A stretch of DNA of 64,000 nt, taken from Octopus vulgaris. Lineage: Eukaryota. Location of the stretch: assembly GCA_951406725.2 (NCBI GenBank), contig OX597823.1:23684001-23748000 (forward strand), written 5' to 3'. Position numbers and translations under genes: made by a program. Position 1 is the stretch's first letter; the number at the start of each line of letters is the position of its first letter. The notes below the pieces were generated by a model. It was not told the DNA's origin. It saw only the letters and a program-made list of their open reading frames with translations, and did no database searches. Of this stretch, positions 41,601-54,649 are shown piece after piece.

Positions 41601-44600
41601 CTGCAGACTTCCATCTCTTCCCCAAGATGAAAATGCAGCTTAAAAGTTGTTGTTTTAACACCGTAGTTGAGATACACAGTGAATCGTAAGAGTGACAGGA
41701 ATGCTGGGACCAGTGTATTGCTGCAAAGGTGACTATTTTGAAGGAGATGATGTTAAAACTTAGGTTAATAAGATATTTATTATTAAATTTATCTCCTCCT
41801 GAAACTTTTTGATACCACCTTGTAACTTTTCTATCTCTTAATTTTAACCTTCCTCCTAACATACATGCAGAACTCATATTAGTTTGTTATCAATTCCAGT
41901 TTTCTCAAAAATTGACTGTGGATCTCCAAAAGATGTTGTTGGTGCATTGAAATTGTATAATACCACCACCTATGAATCTGAAGTGATCTATACTTGCTCA
42001 AATGGAGAACAACTGAAGTCAGAATGTGAAAAGGACAGCAAATGGACACCTGTTCCATCTGTATGTGAAGGTAATGTAAATAGTTTCTCTTTTCTCACTC
42101 TTTATGTAGTTTAGTTTAATTTTGCACAATTTCCACTGTGTTTGTGACAGGTTGGAGGGAAAGAAGAGTCTAGTCTCAGACCACAAGTCATCCTCAAATG
42201 ATTGCAACCGCACAGACATCATTAATTGCACCCAAGGGCCAGAAGTTGGGTAATGGATTAAAGTCTGCCAACCAAACAGTGGAAATATGGAAGCTTGTTC
42301 CCTAGAGTAGGCTTCCATATAGTTTTCATCTATCAAATTTTCATGGGAAGCATATTTACAAGCACAGGATTTCTTCCCTCTTCCACCATTTCCCTACTCT
42401 CATCAATCCTCCCTCATGTATCCAACTACCTACCTGCACGCCATATGCTCCCATTAAATGCCTTTGTATACCAGCCACATCTAGCTCCCACTGTCTTTCC
42501 AAAATCTTGTGACTCACCCACATTTTCATCATTTTTTTCTTGTTTTTCTCTCCTTCATCAGAGGAAGACAATCTCTCTTCCATTGCAAGACATCTTTTTC
42601 TCCTTCAATACTATTCAACTCCAATTTAGGAGTCTAATCCTACAAGTTACTTGGTGGCCTCACTCTGCTGGTGCCATGTAAAAATCACCTAGTACACTGT
42701 AAAGTAGTTGATATCAGGAAGATCATCCAGCCATGGACACCATGCTAAAACAGACAGCAGAACTTCGTGTAGTCTTCTGATTTGTCTGTTTCTATTAGAC
42801 TGTCCTACACATACCAGCATGGAAACTGGATACTAAATGATGATGGTAATGACTATGATTCCACTCAGTACCACAGGCTTGTGAAGGAAACTCCTTTATC
42901 TCACAGTTATACCTAAGTATTTGTATGCAGATCTTTACTTAATTTCTAACTAGACCTTTTCCACTTGTACCATGTGTCATCATCCAAAACCCTGTATGAT
43001 ATAATGCCTTGAGTCCTACAAAAATTCAGCAGTCCTTTGAAATAGCACTAATGATTATTCTAATCCACCACCCTCAGTTATAATAAATGCAACTAATAAT
43101 CACATTTGCTATAAGCCCAAGGACTGAAATTTATGTGGGGAGGACTAGTCAATTACACCGACATCCATACTGAACTAGAACTTATTTTATCAATTCCAAA
43201 AAGGTTGAAAGACAAATTGAAGCTCTTAAACTGAGAATATAAAGCTAGAAGCAATGTTGTTAAGCATTTTGTCTGGAGTGGTAACAGTTAAACTAGCTTG
43301 CCATCTTATATACAACTAACAATTATAACTCTTTCTTATTTATTAACAAGAACAGGAATTTTTGATGGCAGGAGTTTAGTCTTTACCACTGGTTTCAGTA
43401 CTTGAATAGTACTGAATTACACCAATCCTTGAATGGATAAAAGGCAAAGTTGACATTTGCTGGATTTCAACCCAGAGCATAAATGTCCTGAATACATAGT
43501 GAAAAGGATTTCTTCCAATGTTCTAATGATTCTTATTATAAGCATAATAATAATGATTTCTATTAATTGCCACCAGTGTGATAGTTAAGGTTGATGATAC
43601 ATACACAGACATATTGTTATGGTGTGTTATATAGAATGAAATGAGTAAAAACGAAATATATGAGAGTACATGGCATTCTTTTATAAATAATGATGTTGAG
43701 GATGATGATGGTACAATCAAGAAACCCCATGACCTAGAATCACTGAACACTGCGTGGTTATGACCTCACTAATTGTCATTCTCTGACTTACAGGCTTCTG
43801 CATATTTGTCCCATTAACACTTGCAAACTTTGCCACTTTCACCACCTTTTCAATGGTCTCATTCTAGGAAAGTATCTCCCTCATCACCCTCCCTTTCTTT
43901 TACAGGTAAAATGTGACAGGACAATGAGTTATCAGTGAAACCTAATAGCCTCAGTCCTTGAATGTTTTGACTTTATCCACCATAAACATATTTTCTTATG
44001 GCTTCAAGAATATAATATCTGTGGTTCTAGTTCCATGATAGAATACCGATAATATACTTTGTAAAATGGTCAGTGAGGAAGCAGAGAGATCATAGTTTTG
44101 AGACGAACCTTTATTCTTGTCTTGTCAACAATATGACAATAACCTGTATAGTGCTGGTGCCATGAAGACATACACCTTGTACATTCTATAAAGCAGTTGG
44201 TGTTAGGCAGAGCATCCAACCAAGAAGCCATGTTGGACAAGTAGGTGGTGATTAGTTGATAGCTCAGCCCCACTCTTCACAGAATGAAAGAAATCCAAAT
44301 GACAGCGAGATCTATCTGTGACCCATGTCCCACTATGTATCTTTTAGTCCATGTTTATCTCCCCATTCTCTCCCACCTCATACATATGCAGCATTGGTAA
44401 ACATCACAGTTTTCAATTACAGATTTTGCACAAATAAATTGTGGAACTCCAGAAGATATTGATAATGCATCAAAGTCATATAAAACCACCACCTATAAAT
44501 CTGAAGTGACCTATACTTGCCCAAAGGGAGAAAGACTAAAGTCAACATGTGAAAAGGGCAACAAATGGACTCCAGTAGCTACTGCTTGTAAAGGTAATGT

Positions 44601-47600
44601 AAATATCTACTCTCCTGTTGTCTTGATCTGTCTATTGATATTTGATTTTTGCATTAAATTTTTTTTATTAGAAAAAGACTGGCTAACTCCATGACAATTT
44701 CCATGGTGTTCTTGGTTGGTGAGAGGAAGAGAAGGAACTGACCTCAGACCAGAGACCTCTCCATATACTTGCAACAGAGTGAAATCCTTAAATAGTAACC
44801 AATGGCCTGGTAATGCTATTAAATTGGGTGATTTGAACTGATAGACTAAAGAGTGTGAATACCCACTGTGAAAGAAATGTACATCAAGTGTACTTGTCTT
44901 CCACCTCCATGTCTGCCTCCTCTTCCTCATCGTCATCATCATCATCATCATCATTTAACGCTCATTTTCCAAGCTGACATGGGTTGAACTGTTTGACAGG
45001 TTTCAATGATCCACAGGATTGCATGAGGCCCAAATGTCACCTTTGGCATGGTTTCTGTCACCTTTGGCACTTTCTAGCACCAACCACTTTACAGTGTGTA
45101 CTGGGTGGTGCTTTTTTTCATGAAACTGGCATTAGTGAAGTCAGCAAACAACTTGAAAGACAAAGTAAAGAGAAGAATAGGGTGAAAAGCTTCTCCACCA
45201 TGTGGATCTGTACTTGAGGGAGGGAGAATAGCATTATGCTAGGTGGTCTAGGCAAAAGTATGACAAAGAGACAAGCACAGGTATCTTACTATAAAGGAAA
45301 TACATGGTCACCCCAGTTTTGCAAGGGTGGGTGAGAGTAGTTGGAAGGGAGAAAATGATGGTGGTGACAGATATCCTGATCATACTTTCTAGGTACAAGA
45401 AGGTGAGTATCAGGAAGAATATAGTGAAGTGGAGAGAAAAGTGTGGATAAATTAATAAAAAGTATGGTGGGAGAGTTAAAAAAACAGTTAGAGATTGGGC
45501 TATAGGTGGATGGAGTGAGTGATGAGAAAGAATGAAGCTGTGGTTGATAGAGAGGGAGGTAAGATATAGATGTGACTCAGGAAGCAGGAAGTGACAAATA
45601 GCAGCACAGAAGTGAAGGACAACAGTATCATATATTTCTGGACAGATCAGTAGGAAGATAATGTGCAGGGATTAGACTAGTGGAAGGTAGAAGGGTGAAA
45701 GAATGTGACAAAGATGAGGGTGGCTATAGCAAATGGGATACCAAAGTTAGAGAGAGCATTGATAGTGAATACAAAAAGATAATTAGAATGACAGATAGGA
45801 AAGGTGTTAACCATGATGTATGGGAGACCTTAGATTTAGCTTAGAGTGGAAGGAGAGGATTAATGAAAGCACAGAAAAGAGGTAATTGGTGGAAAGTAGT
45901 ATGACAGGGATGATTATGAGAGAGAGATAACTGGTTGTGACAAAGTGAGGATGAAAAATGTGCTGATTCTGTATCTGAAATGATTTCAGCTGCTGAACAG
46001 TGTCATGTAAAACTGAACATAAAGATGAGAATAATGTGATAATCCTCTTGAATGTAAAAGAATCTCTTTGCACAGGCCAGTGGAAGACACCTATCATCAA
46101 ATGTTCAGTCTGAGCTTCAAGGGCAAGTTTCCTCTCCAAGTATTTTCCTCTGTGCTACATGTTTATACACAGTAGTCTCCATCCACTCTAACCATTTTTA
46201 CCACTTTCACCTTACATTCAATACTTTCTCTCCTCTCTTATCTTCTCTAAAAGTGCAAATTTGAGTGAGAGATTGATGAAGAAGGTCAGTCTCTGTTATC
46301 TGATCTTTCAGCCCCTTTCAGCTCCTTTCAGCTCACATTATCTTCAATTATAGCTTCAAATCAAGTGAAACTGCCTTCTCTACCCAGTTAATGAAGGGTT
46401 TGGGACAACCACCTTAAATGCAACAGCAGTTGTTTCACATAATTCCACAAGTCAGGTCAACAATGCTTGATTAATGACTGGGTGCATGCAAAATGTTTTT
46501 GTTTTGCTGCAAGTATCTCAGACAGGATTATCAACTGGCAGTTCCTTGACTGTAGATTTTTTTATCTTGGACTAGTAAAACTCTTTGGTAGTTTTGCAAA
46601 GCCAAGGATTTTAGGAAGTTTTCCATGGTATTCAGTGACCAAAAGATTTAGTTAGTTTTCATTGATCATGATCATCATCATCATTTAGTGTCTGCTTTCC
46701 AAGCTGGCATGGGTTAGATGGTCTAGCGCCTGGTCTGGCAAGGCCTCTAGAGCTGGATGCCCTTCCTAATGCAAACCACTGTGATAGTGTAGTGTGTGCT
46801 TTTTGCATGCCAGTGGCACAGGAGCCAGTCAGGTGGTATCGATGCTCAGTGCAAACCTTTAGATTACCAGTGCTCTATCTATCCACTAACTCTCAATTGA
46901 TTGCTAGAATGGAATATCTACCAATTCCATTACCCATGCCAGAATTCATCCAGTGCACTTTATCCTTTGTAATCCATAGGATTACATTGGATAATATTGT
47001 CATCCCCTTTACTTAAATAGTGGTGTGTGACTGAGGGAAATTTTGTTACTATTTCTAGCATAAGTGCTTTCACAGTCACTGGCTCATGATAAATATTGAA
47101 GTTTAATATTGTGAGCTACCAAATCTGACATAGCTGATCCTCTGATATAATCTGTTGCCTGGTTCAACACCACAACCTTCAGATGGTCATGGCAAATATG
47201 GTGAACAATATTTGGTCCAATGTTTATATATTTATTACAATATCAAACACTCATATTGAGTCACATATTTTCTCAGGCTTCGTATTTAGCATTGAGATTT
47301 TTTATCAAAGGTAATGTTTATTCACAGTTTAAGAAATTAATCATGCATCAATTTGTAGCTTGAAGATTTCAATGATGTGATTATTTTGTTCTAGAATGAC
47401 ATTGTAGGTTAGGTATGAAAGGCTGGATATGGCTGATTTCATCATAAAGCAGGTAGAAATTTTTGGCTGGATGTGGCTGGTTTAAATGCTAAAGGTTTAA
47501 TGACATGTGTAGGACAGAGGGTTGCCTCAAAATTTCATGTCATGATTGTTTCTGCTATGACTAGTTTATTAAGAAACAAAAATAACCTCAGTGAATCAAT

Positions 47601-50303
47601 TATGTATTCATTGTTGAGGGACATGACCAAACATGATTTAAAAAATGAATGGGACTGTGTAATGTCTTTGTCAAGAACACTAACTGTCCATGTAAAGTGA
47701 ACTGATGAGGCCGAGAATCAAACATAGATCCTTAACCACACCACTCAGTTCACATTTATACTAAAAGAACAACTAGGGGAAAATACTCAAGGTCCCTTTC
47801 TGCATGGAAAACAAATATTAAACTGGCTAATTATTGAACAAAGATATTATGATGAATTAGGATTTCACTCTCAGTTCATGGTAAAATCATTATATTGACT
47901 TATTCTGGTGAAGAAATTCAGAAGAAACAACCTCTTAAAGATAATCATTATTTTTCTTATCACACTAAAAAAGTTACATTAAGTTGTGAGTTTACACTTT
48001 TACTACATACACTAATTACGATGAAAGTGCAATCATTTTTGTTGTCCAGGCCAAAAACAGTCAATTCATGTATTTTTCTGTGACATACCACATTTAGTTA
48101 CATTATTGTATATTCTGGGTTTAATTTACAGAGGATGTATTATGCTTTTTACACTTTTGATGTTGATAAATCAAGCACTAGTGAAGTAATAGGGTTACTT
48201 TATATTCATGTATCCTCACAGCAAAATGTGTGGCAATATGCTTATATGAAGAACTACTTCTATCAACAGTGTTACTGTGAAAAATAATCATAATTACTGT
48301 TGTTGGTTATGGTGATGTATTCACAGAATTATCCTAGCATCAGACAAAATGTGTAGTGGTATTTTTCTAATTCTTTAACTTCTGCCTACAAATCCTGCAA
48401 GTGATAATTTTGCTCTTCCAGGGCCAATAAAATGTAGGGACCAGTTTAATTTTATTAGTCCCTTCAGGGCCAAATATATTAATTAATACATACCTCAAAC
48501 TTTTGGCCTTCTTTCTATGTCAGAAATGTATAGTATTGTTGTTATTTTTCATTCTTCTCAATTATATTTTGACTCTAGATGTTCAGATCCATTTTGTGAA
48601 AGTAAAAAATGCAGCTCTGGATGTAACAGTAAAAACATTATGGAGTAAGAAAAAAGTGACAACAGATGCATGTGCTGAAAAATGTTTTTCTGACAAAACT
48701 TGTGCATCATTTGAAATAGAAAAAACAAGTGGACTCTGTTACTTATCAAAACAAACTGCAACATCCTCCAAAATAAAAACAGACCAAAGCAGAGATTACT
48801 ACCAACGAGTAAAATGTAATTATTCTTTGTATTTTATTATTGGAATTCTCTTTTCTCTTTTTTTTTTCTGATATTTCTGATTCCATTCCTGCTTCATAGT
48901 ATATATACACAACCATCTCTTTAAAGATATTGAGAAAGTTACTAAAATGGACAGACATAAAGACATAGCTGCAAAAAAAAAAAGAAAAAAAAGAAAGAAA
49001 GCAGTACAAAGAAGTGTAAATACTGCTAGGGTATTCCAATATGGCAATTGTTCAACTTGAACACTTTTAATACTATTTTCATTTTCTTTTATCTTCTTTG
49101 AAATGTTTTTACCTGTTTCAATCATTAAACAGTGGACATACTGGGGCAATATCTTGCAGGGCTCATTTGAAGGAAATTCCAGTACTATTTTTTTAAAACC
49201 TGGTACTTATTCTATCAGTCTGTAGGGATGTAAAGAAGCTAATTCCGGCTGTCCAGCAGTGAGGGTGGGGTTCAAACTCATACACAGACACACATATGCA
49301 TATATAGATGAATAAATAAATAGATACTGTAGAACATCTCACACAAGCTGCACTAATTTTTGCCTAGTCTTCAAAGGAACATGCAGTCTAGCATTATCCT
49401 TATGTAAGATGTCACATTTTTGGTTGTCTTCTTTAATTGGTTTTTGTTGGGAACAATAATAGTCTGAATTTAATGTCTGATTTTGTGGAAGTAGCTCAGA
49501 ATGCAAATGCCTTCCAATCCCACCAGATACAGAGCATCATCTTCCTTGGATACAGACCAGCTTTTGGAGAGATTTAAGGCAGTTCATCTCATTTTCCCCA
49601 AGATCTTTCTCATTTTGTGCTGTAAATAATCCATTTCTCTTAACCCATGACCATTCTTTTAAAATATGGATCCTTTTTGTTTCATCTGAGCAGAGAATCA
49701 CAGATGGAAATGAACTCTATAAAGTTTTTTTCTGTTAAGTTATGAGGCCTGTAAACATCATAACATTCCACATAATCAAGTGTTTTAAATGCTTTATAGC
49801 GCTCATGTGAGATATGTGGAGAATCTCTGTGATGTCTCAAATCATATAACATGGATTATTATTTATTAAAACCTAATTTTGTTCATTATCAATGACTGTA
49901 AGCCTGCCGGAACATTCACCATTTTCCTGGTCAAAATTTTCAGTTCTAAACCTATTGAACCACTCACGAACAGTACTTTTATCTATGACATCATCTCCAT
50001 ACACGACACATATCTTCTGTGTTGTTTATGTAGTGTTTTAGCCTTTCCAGAAATAAAAGAGCATTAAATGATGAAAATGGATTTCATTTTCCTTCAATTT
50101 CAATGTTATCATAAAAACAGTGGAAGTTTTTATGATAATCCACACAACATTCAAAAAGAAACATGAGTTAAGATCTCCACTTTCTGAATATATATATATC
50201 ATATATGTTCTTGTCACATGATAAAACAGATCACATAATTAAGCATCACCAATTGAAAAATGCTATGCACACTTTTACCAACCCAATATATATAAACATA
50301 CAT

Positions 50304-50341
<38 letters not shown>

Positions 50342-53300
50342 TCTCCAAATCATGAGGACTCCTTTGAAGAGAGCCTATAAAGATGGAAGAAATGTTATCC
50401 AGCATTGATGGCAGCTTTCACACTCGTCTTTAACGAGACTTCGACCTTCCTAACATTGAATAGCCTGGAGGCTGCCTCATAGGTATATCACTGCATGAAC
50501 AGAGGCAAACAGCATTTCTGTTTGATCTCACAAACATGCTTTTTATGGAGCTAATAGTGTTCCACATCACCAAGGGGAAAAAGTATACTGGACCTCTGCT
50601 TCACAAATAATGTGGTGCTCATCCATAATGTTAAGGGGACACAGTTCTCTTATAACTTAATAGAAGTAATAGTGTATGGTCCACAGAAAACTGCAGCATG
50701 CAGGTTACTAGAAGCACTCATCTAGAAACATTCTTAGGAATATCTCACACTTTAGTACTAATGGGAGACTGGAATAGTATTTTGGATGCAGAGAGGGACT
50801 GTTTTGGTTTAGTTCAAAGCAGAAATGGGTGTAAAAGCCTCGGAAACCTTCTCAAAAATTTCCAGTTATCTGCTAGGACTGACTGGATTTCTCTGATGTG
50901 CATGTGGGGACATGGAGCAACTGCAACATGTGATCCAGATAATATTTAGATAGAGCATTTGTTAGGCTAGAAGATAAAGAATAATGTAGGTTGTCCACAA
51001 TTTAGATTGATCAGCTGCTCAGATCACAGGTTTGTGATATGCACATTCAGTTTAGATAGGACGCATAGATAAGGACCCCTTTAATGGAAGTTCAATGCAT
51101 ATGTAGTGGAAGAAATTTGTAACGATAAAGTTTTTGGTTCTTAAGAAGGCTGCAATTCTCTTGTTTGGGGTCACCAGTTGTAACAGGAGAAATTAATTAG
51201 TAAAGAATATTATAATGGGAGTCGGGGTCACCAATTTGTAATGGTAGAAATTGTATTTGTAATGATTAAAATTAATTGATAAACAATATTACGGAATGTC
51301 AGTCAGCAATTGTAATGATAGAAATGTGTTATTACAATTGCATGTTGTAGGATGTGAAAGATGAACAATGCATGAAGTTTTAAGGAAATGTTTATTTACC
51401 GTTATACGTTACAATACCTTTCCTCAACAGGCAGGTTATGATAAATCCAAAAGCATGCGAAGTAAAGTTTGTGTTCTCTTCATTGTTTAGTAGTAAATAC
51501 ATAGAGAGATAGAATGATATTGTTAGAGAACAGAATTAGAGCTAGAGAGAATTGTAGGGTGTTGTCTGACAGTTGCTGACAGTAAACTTCATTTCTCCCT
51601 CTGACCAAGATTGTAGCTGGTCAGCCAGACTTTGTTGTCATTGAGTTGTCACTATGTGACTGAATCCGTTGAGTCTTCACCGACTGTGACTAACTGATTT
51701 TTGCTTGGTGTATGCTTGCTTATATAACTATCCAGAAGGATAGAAATATCATTGAGAACAATAGATTTAGTTGGTGGTCTTGTTATCTCTATTCTAGCTT
51801 TTGGTGAAGTAGAAGAGGTTAGAAAGGGTCAGGTGGTGAAGACATTATTTCGGCCTAGCTAAAAGTATCTGGAAAGTGTAAAACTGCTGTCAGAGAAAAA
51901 CCATTGTTCCATCGTGAGAAAAGAGCTGTTGCAGTGTTAATTTAAATTTGACTGTGGTGGATCGAATCCACTTCATGCATGTAAGATCCACTACACATAA
52001 TTACCAACATGCAAAGACTACAGGGACTGGATTAGCAAACAAGTTAAATGGCAGTTGATGGGGGCTGTCATCAACAATCAGTGGTGGATTTCCCTGAAGA
52101 AGGTAGTTAGAGTAGAATTAATAATATTTAGCATTGGCAAGAAATAGATTAGAGGGAGCACTAGTTGTCAAACTAGCAGTGACAATTACTAAAGGCATCA
52201 TGACTGATAAGTTAGCAGTGAGAATGTAGCGAAACATAAAGGATACATTTTCAGACCCAGTGCTCATGCACTAAATTGTGAAGGAACTAAAGCTGTCCAG
52301 TGGGCCTGAACAGTAGAGATGGGATGTGGCAATAAAACATGATCAGATCTTTGATGGATCAAAACAGGCTTGTGCTAATTGGTTTCAAGCAGATGTGTGC
52401 AGCTTTCCTGCTGAACTTTGCATGGCTGTTTGGGGAGGGTGATGGGTTGATAATGGTAGCAGGCTTTAGTTCATATCTGGATGGACTACCTTGGCTTTTT
52501 TTACTGAATGCCAGCTTCTGCAGAAAGCCAATAATGGCTGAAATATGGCAGGTGATGATTCATTACACAAGTCGCATATCACTCGGTTCAGATGATCTGC
52601 CCCATGAATTCTATGTATTCAGGCCATATTTGTTCAGTAGTTTCTTTGCAGTCATCTACTGTAACTGGCAGCAGAATGGGAGAATCCCTAGAGATGTTAG
52701 CTGGGGTGTGGTAGCATTTGTGAGAAAGGATGCTGACAGTAAGGATCTACCAGAAAATTTTTGACCCACAACTCTGCTAAACCCAGTTTAAGTTTTTAGC
52801 CAAGGTTTTAGTGAAAAGGTTGGTGCTTGTCATTGGTAGTCTGGTCAAGGAGCAAAAAACATGCACAAAACCAAACAAGTCAATCCACGACAACCTCCAC
52901 CTTCTGTGATACATCATAGATATGAGCTGGCAGAACAGTTAGCACACTGTGTGAAATGCTTAAGAGAATATCATATGTCCTTATGCCTATTCTTCCTTTT
53001 GGTGTCAATAAAATAATTGCCAGTGGTGCACTGGGGTCAATGTAATCAAATATCCCCTCCCCCAAAGTTTAGGTCATGTGCCTGTAGGGGAAAAAGATTA
53101 TAATTATTATTTATCATCATAACTCATTATCATCATCATCATCATCATTATTTCATAGATATTTTTAAAATATTTGATAATTAGAAGTACATATAAGTGA
53201 AGTTTTAAATAAAATTTGAGAAAACTATCTTGTGATTTGTTGTGTACAGGGACAAGCAAATCTATCCAGAAAATAGTTTTTCCAGCATAAGACTCCCTTC

Positions 53301-54533
53301 TCAGAAGTAATGTGAATTCTAGTACATCATGAGACATGCTTCAGACTTTGCCTCGGAGCTTTGATTGTAAAATATCGATTTGTACATCCCTCTCCCTATG
53401 GTGTGTTTTCCTTTAATACTGAATGGTCATAACAACACTTGATACATTGGTGGATTACCTGTTCAGGAGGGTGTTGACCCTACAAAATTACACCATTGGA
53501 AGAGAGATGTTCAAATGCATTGTCTTGAGCCTAATTATTGAGACAAGGTTTCAAATATGTCTGAGAATATTCTACTAGTTGTATGCATTCTGATTAGTGT
53601 GTCATTTTGTGAATCAATTATTTCTTGATAATAAATTGTCCATTTACAAAATTATACCCCGCTTGCTTTAAAATATTTATTATGAGTGTGTGTTTGTGAG
53701 GGTATACAAGTATATACTGTATTTCTTGATTTCTATTTCTTTTCCCAGCTGACACCCCTTTGAAGCTTAAGAAAGTTAGCATACCACAGAAGGATACTTT
53801 ACAACAGCTTAAACAGAAGACCTTAACTGAGTGTAATGAAGCTTGTCAACAATATGAAGGATGTAATTCTTATGAGTACAATGACCAGGATAATCTGTGT
53901 GGTCTGAGCGATGTGACACAATTGACTAGTGAACTTAAACCCGACAATAGAAATTGGGATGTTTATCTCATGAGCCCAGGTCAGTAGAGTATTTCTTTTT
54001 TATTTATATGTTCTAAATCCTGTATGTATTTACATGTATGCATCTGTGGGAATATAGTATATACTGTGTACAGTATATACAGAATAGAGTATATACAGTG
54101 CTTGTTTGTGGTTCAGCATTTGCAGTCCCGGTTATTCGTGGGACCGATAATTGTTCGCAGTAATCACCACATATTTGTGGAATTGTAAATATTGTCTGTG
54201 ATGTTTTATTGCATTTTCCATGGTAATATATACTTTCTCACACTTGTTATGGCTAAATCATTAATAATATTTTATCGTATTTGCCAATTTTCTGGACACC
54301 CCTTCACAGCTGAAGATCCCTCTGATTAGAATTACTGCGCATCAAGTCACTTGATGTTTTTTTAGATACAAGTACGCTGTATCTTGTATGTCTTATTCTT
54401 GCTTTCAATGAAAGCTTGCTAATTCGTATAGCGACATCTATTTATGTTTCATGCATACACTCTCTCTGTCTCTCTCTCACTGTATTTGTCTCTCAATAAC
54501 AACAACCTATCAATGTAGTGAAAGTATATATAC

Positions 54534-54589
<56 letters not shown>

Positions 54590-54595
54590 ATATAT

Positions 54596-54649
<54 letters not shown>

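Noticed and set aside
45200-45960. Purine-rich tract, with a pyrimidine-rich counterpart at ~38670-39200, as possible coding or triplex element
   Set aside because: No ORF or periodicity. Both adjoin SINE remnants and look like decayed low-complexity repeat sequence.
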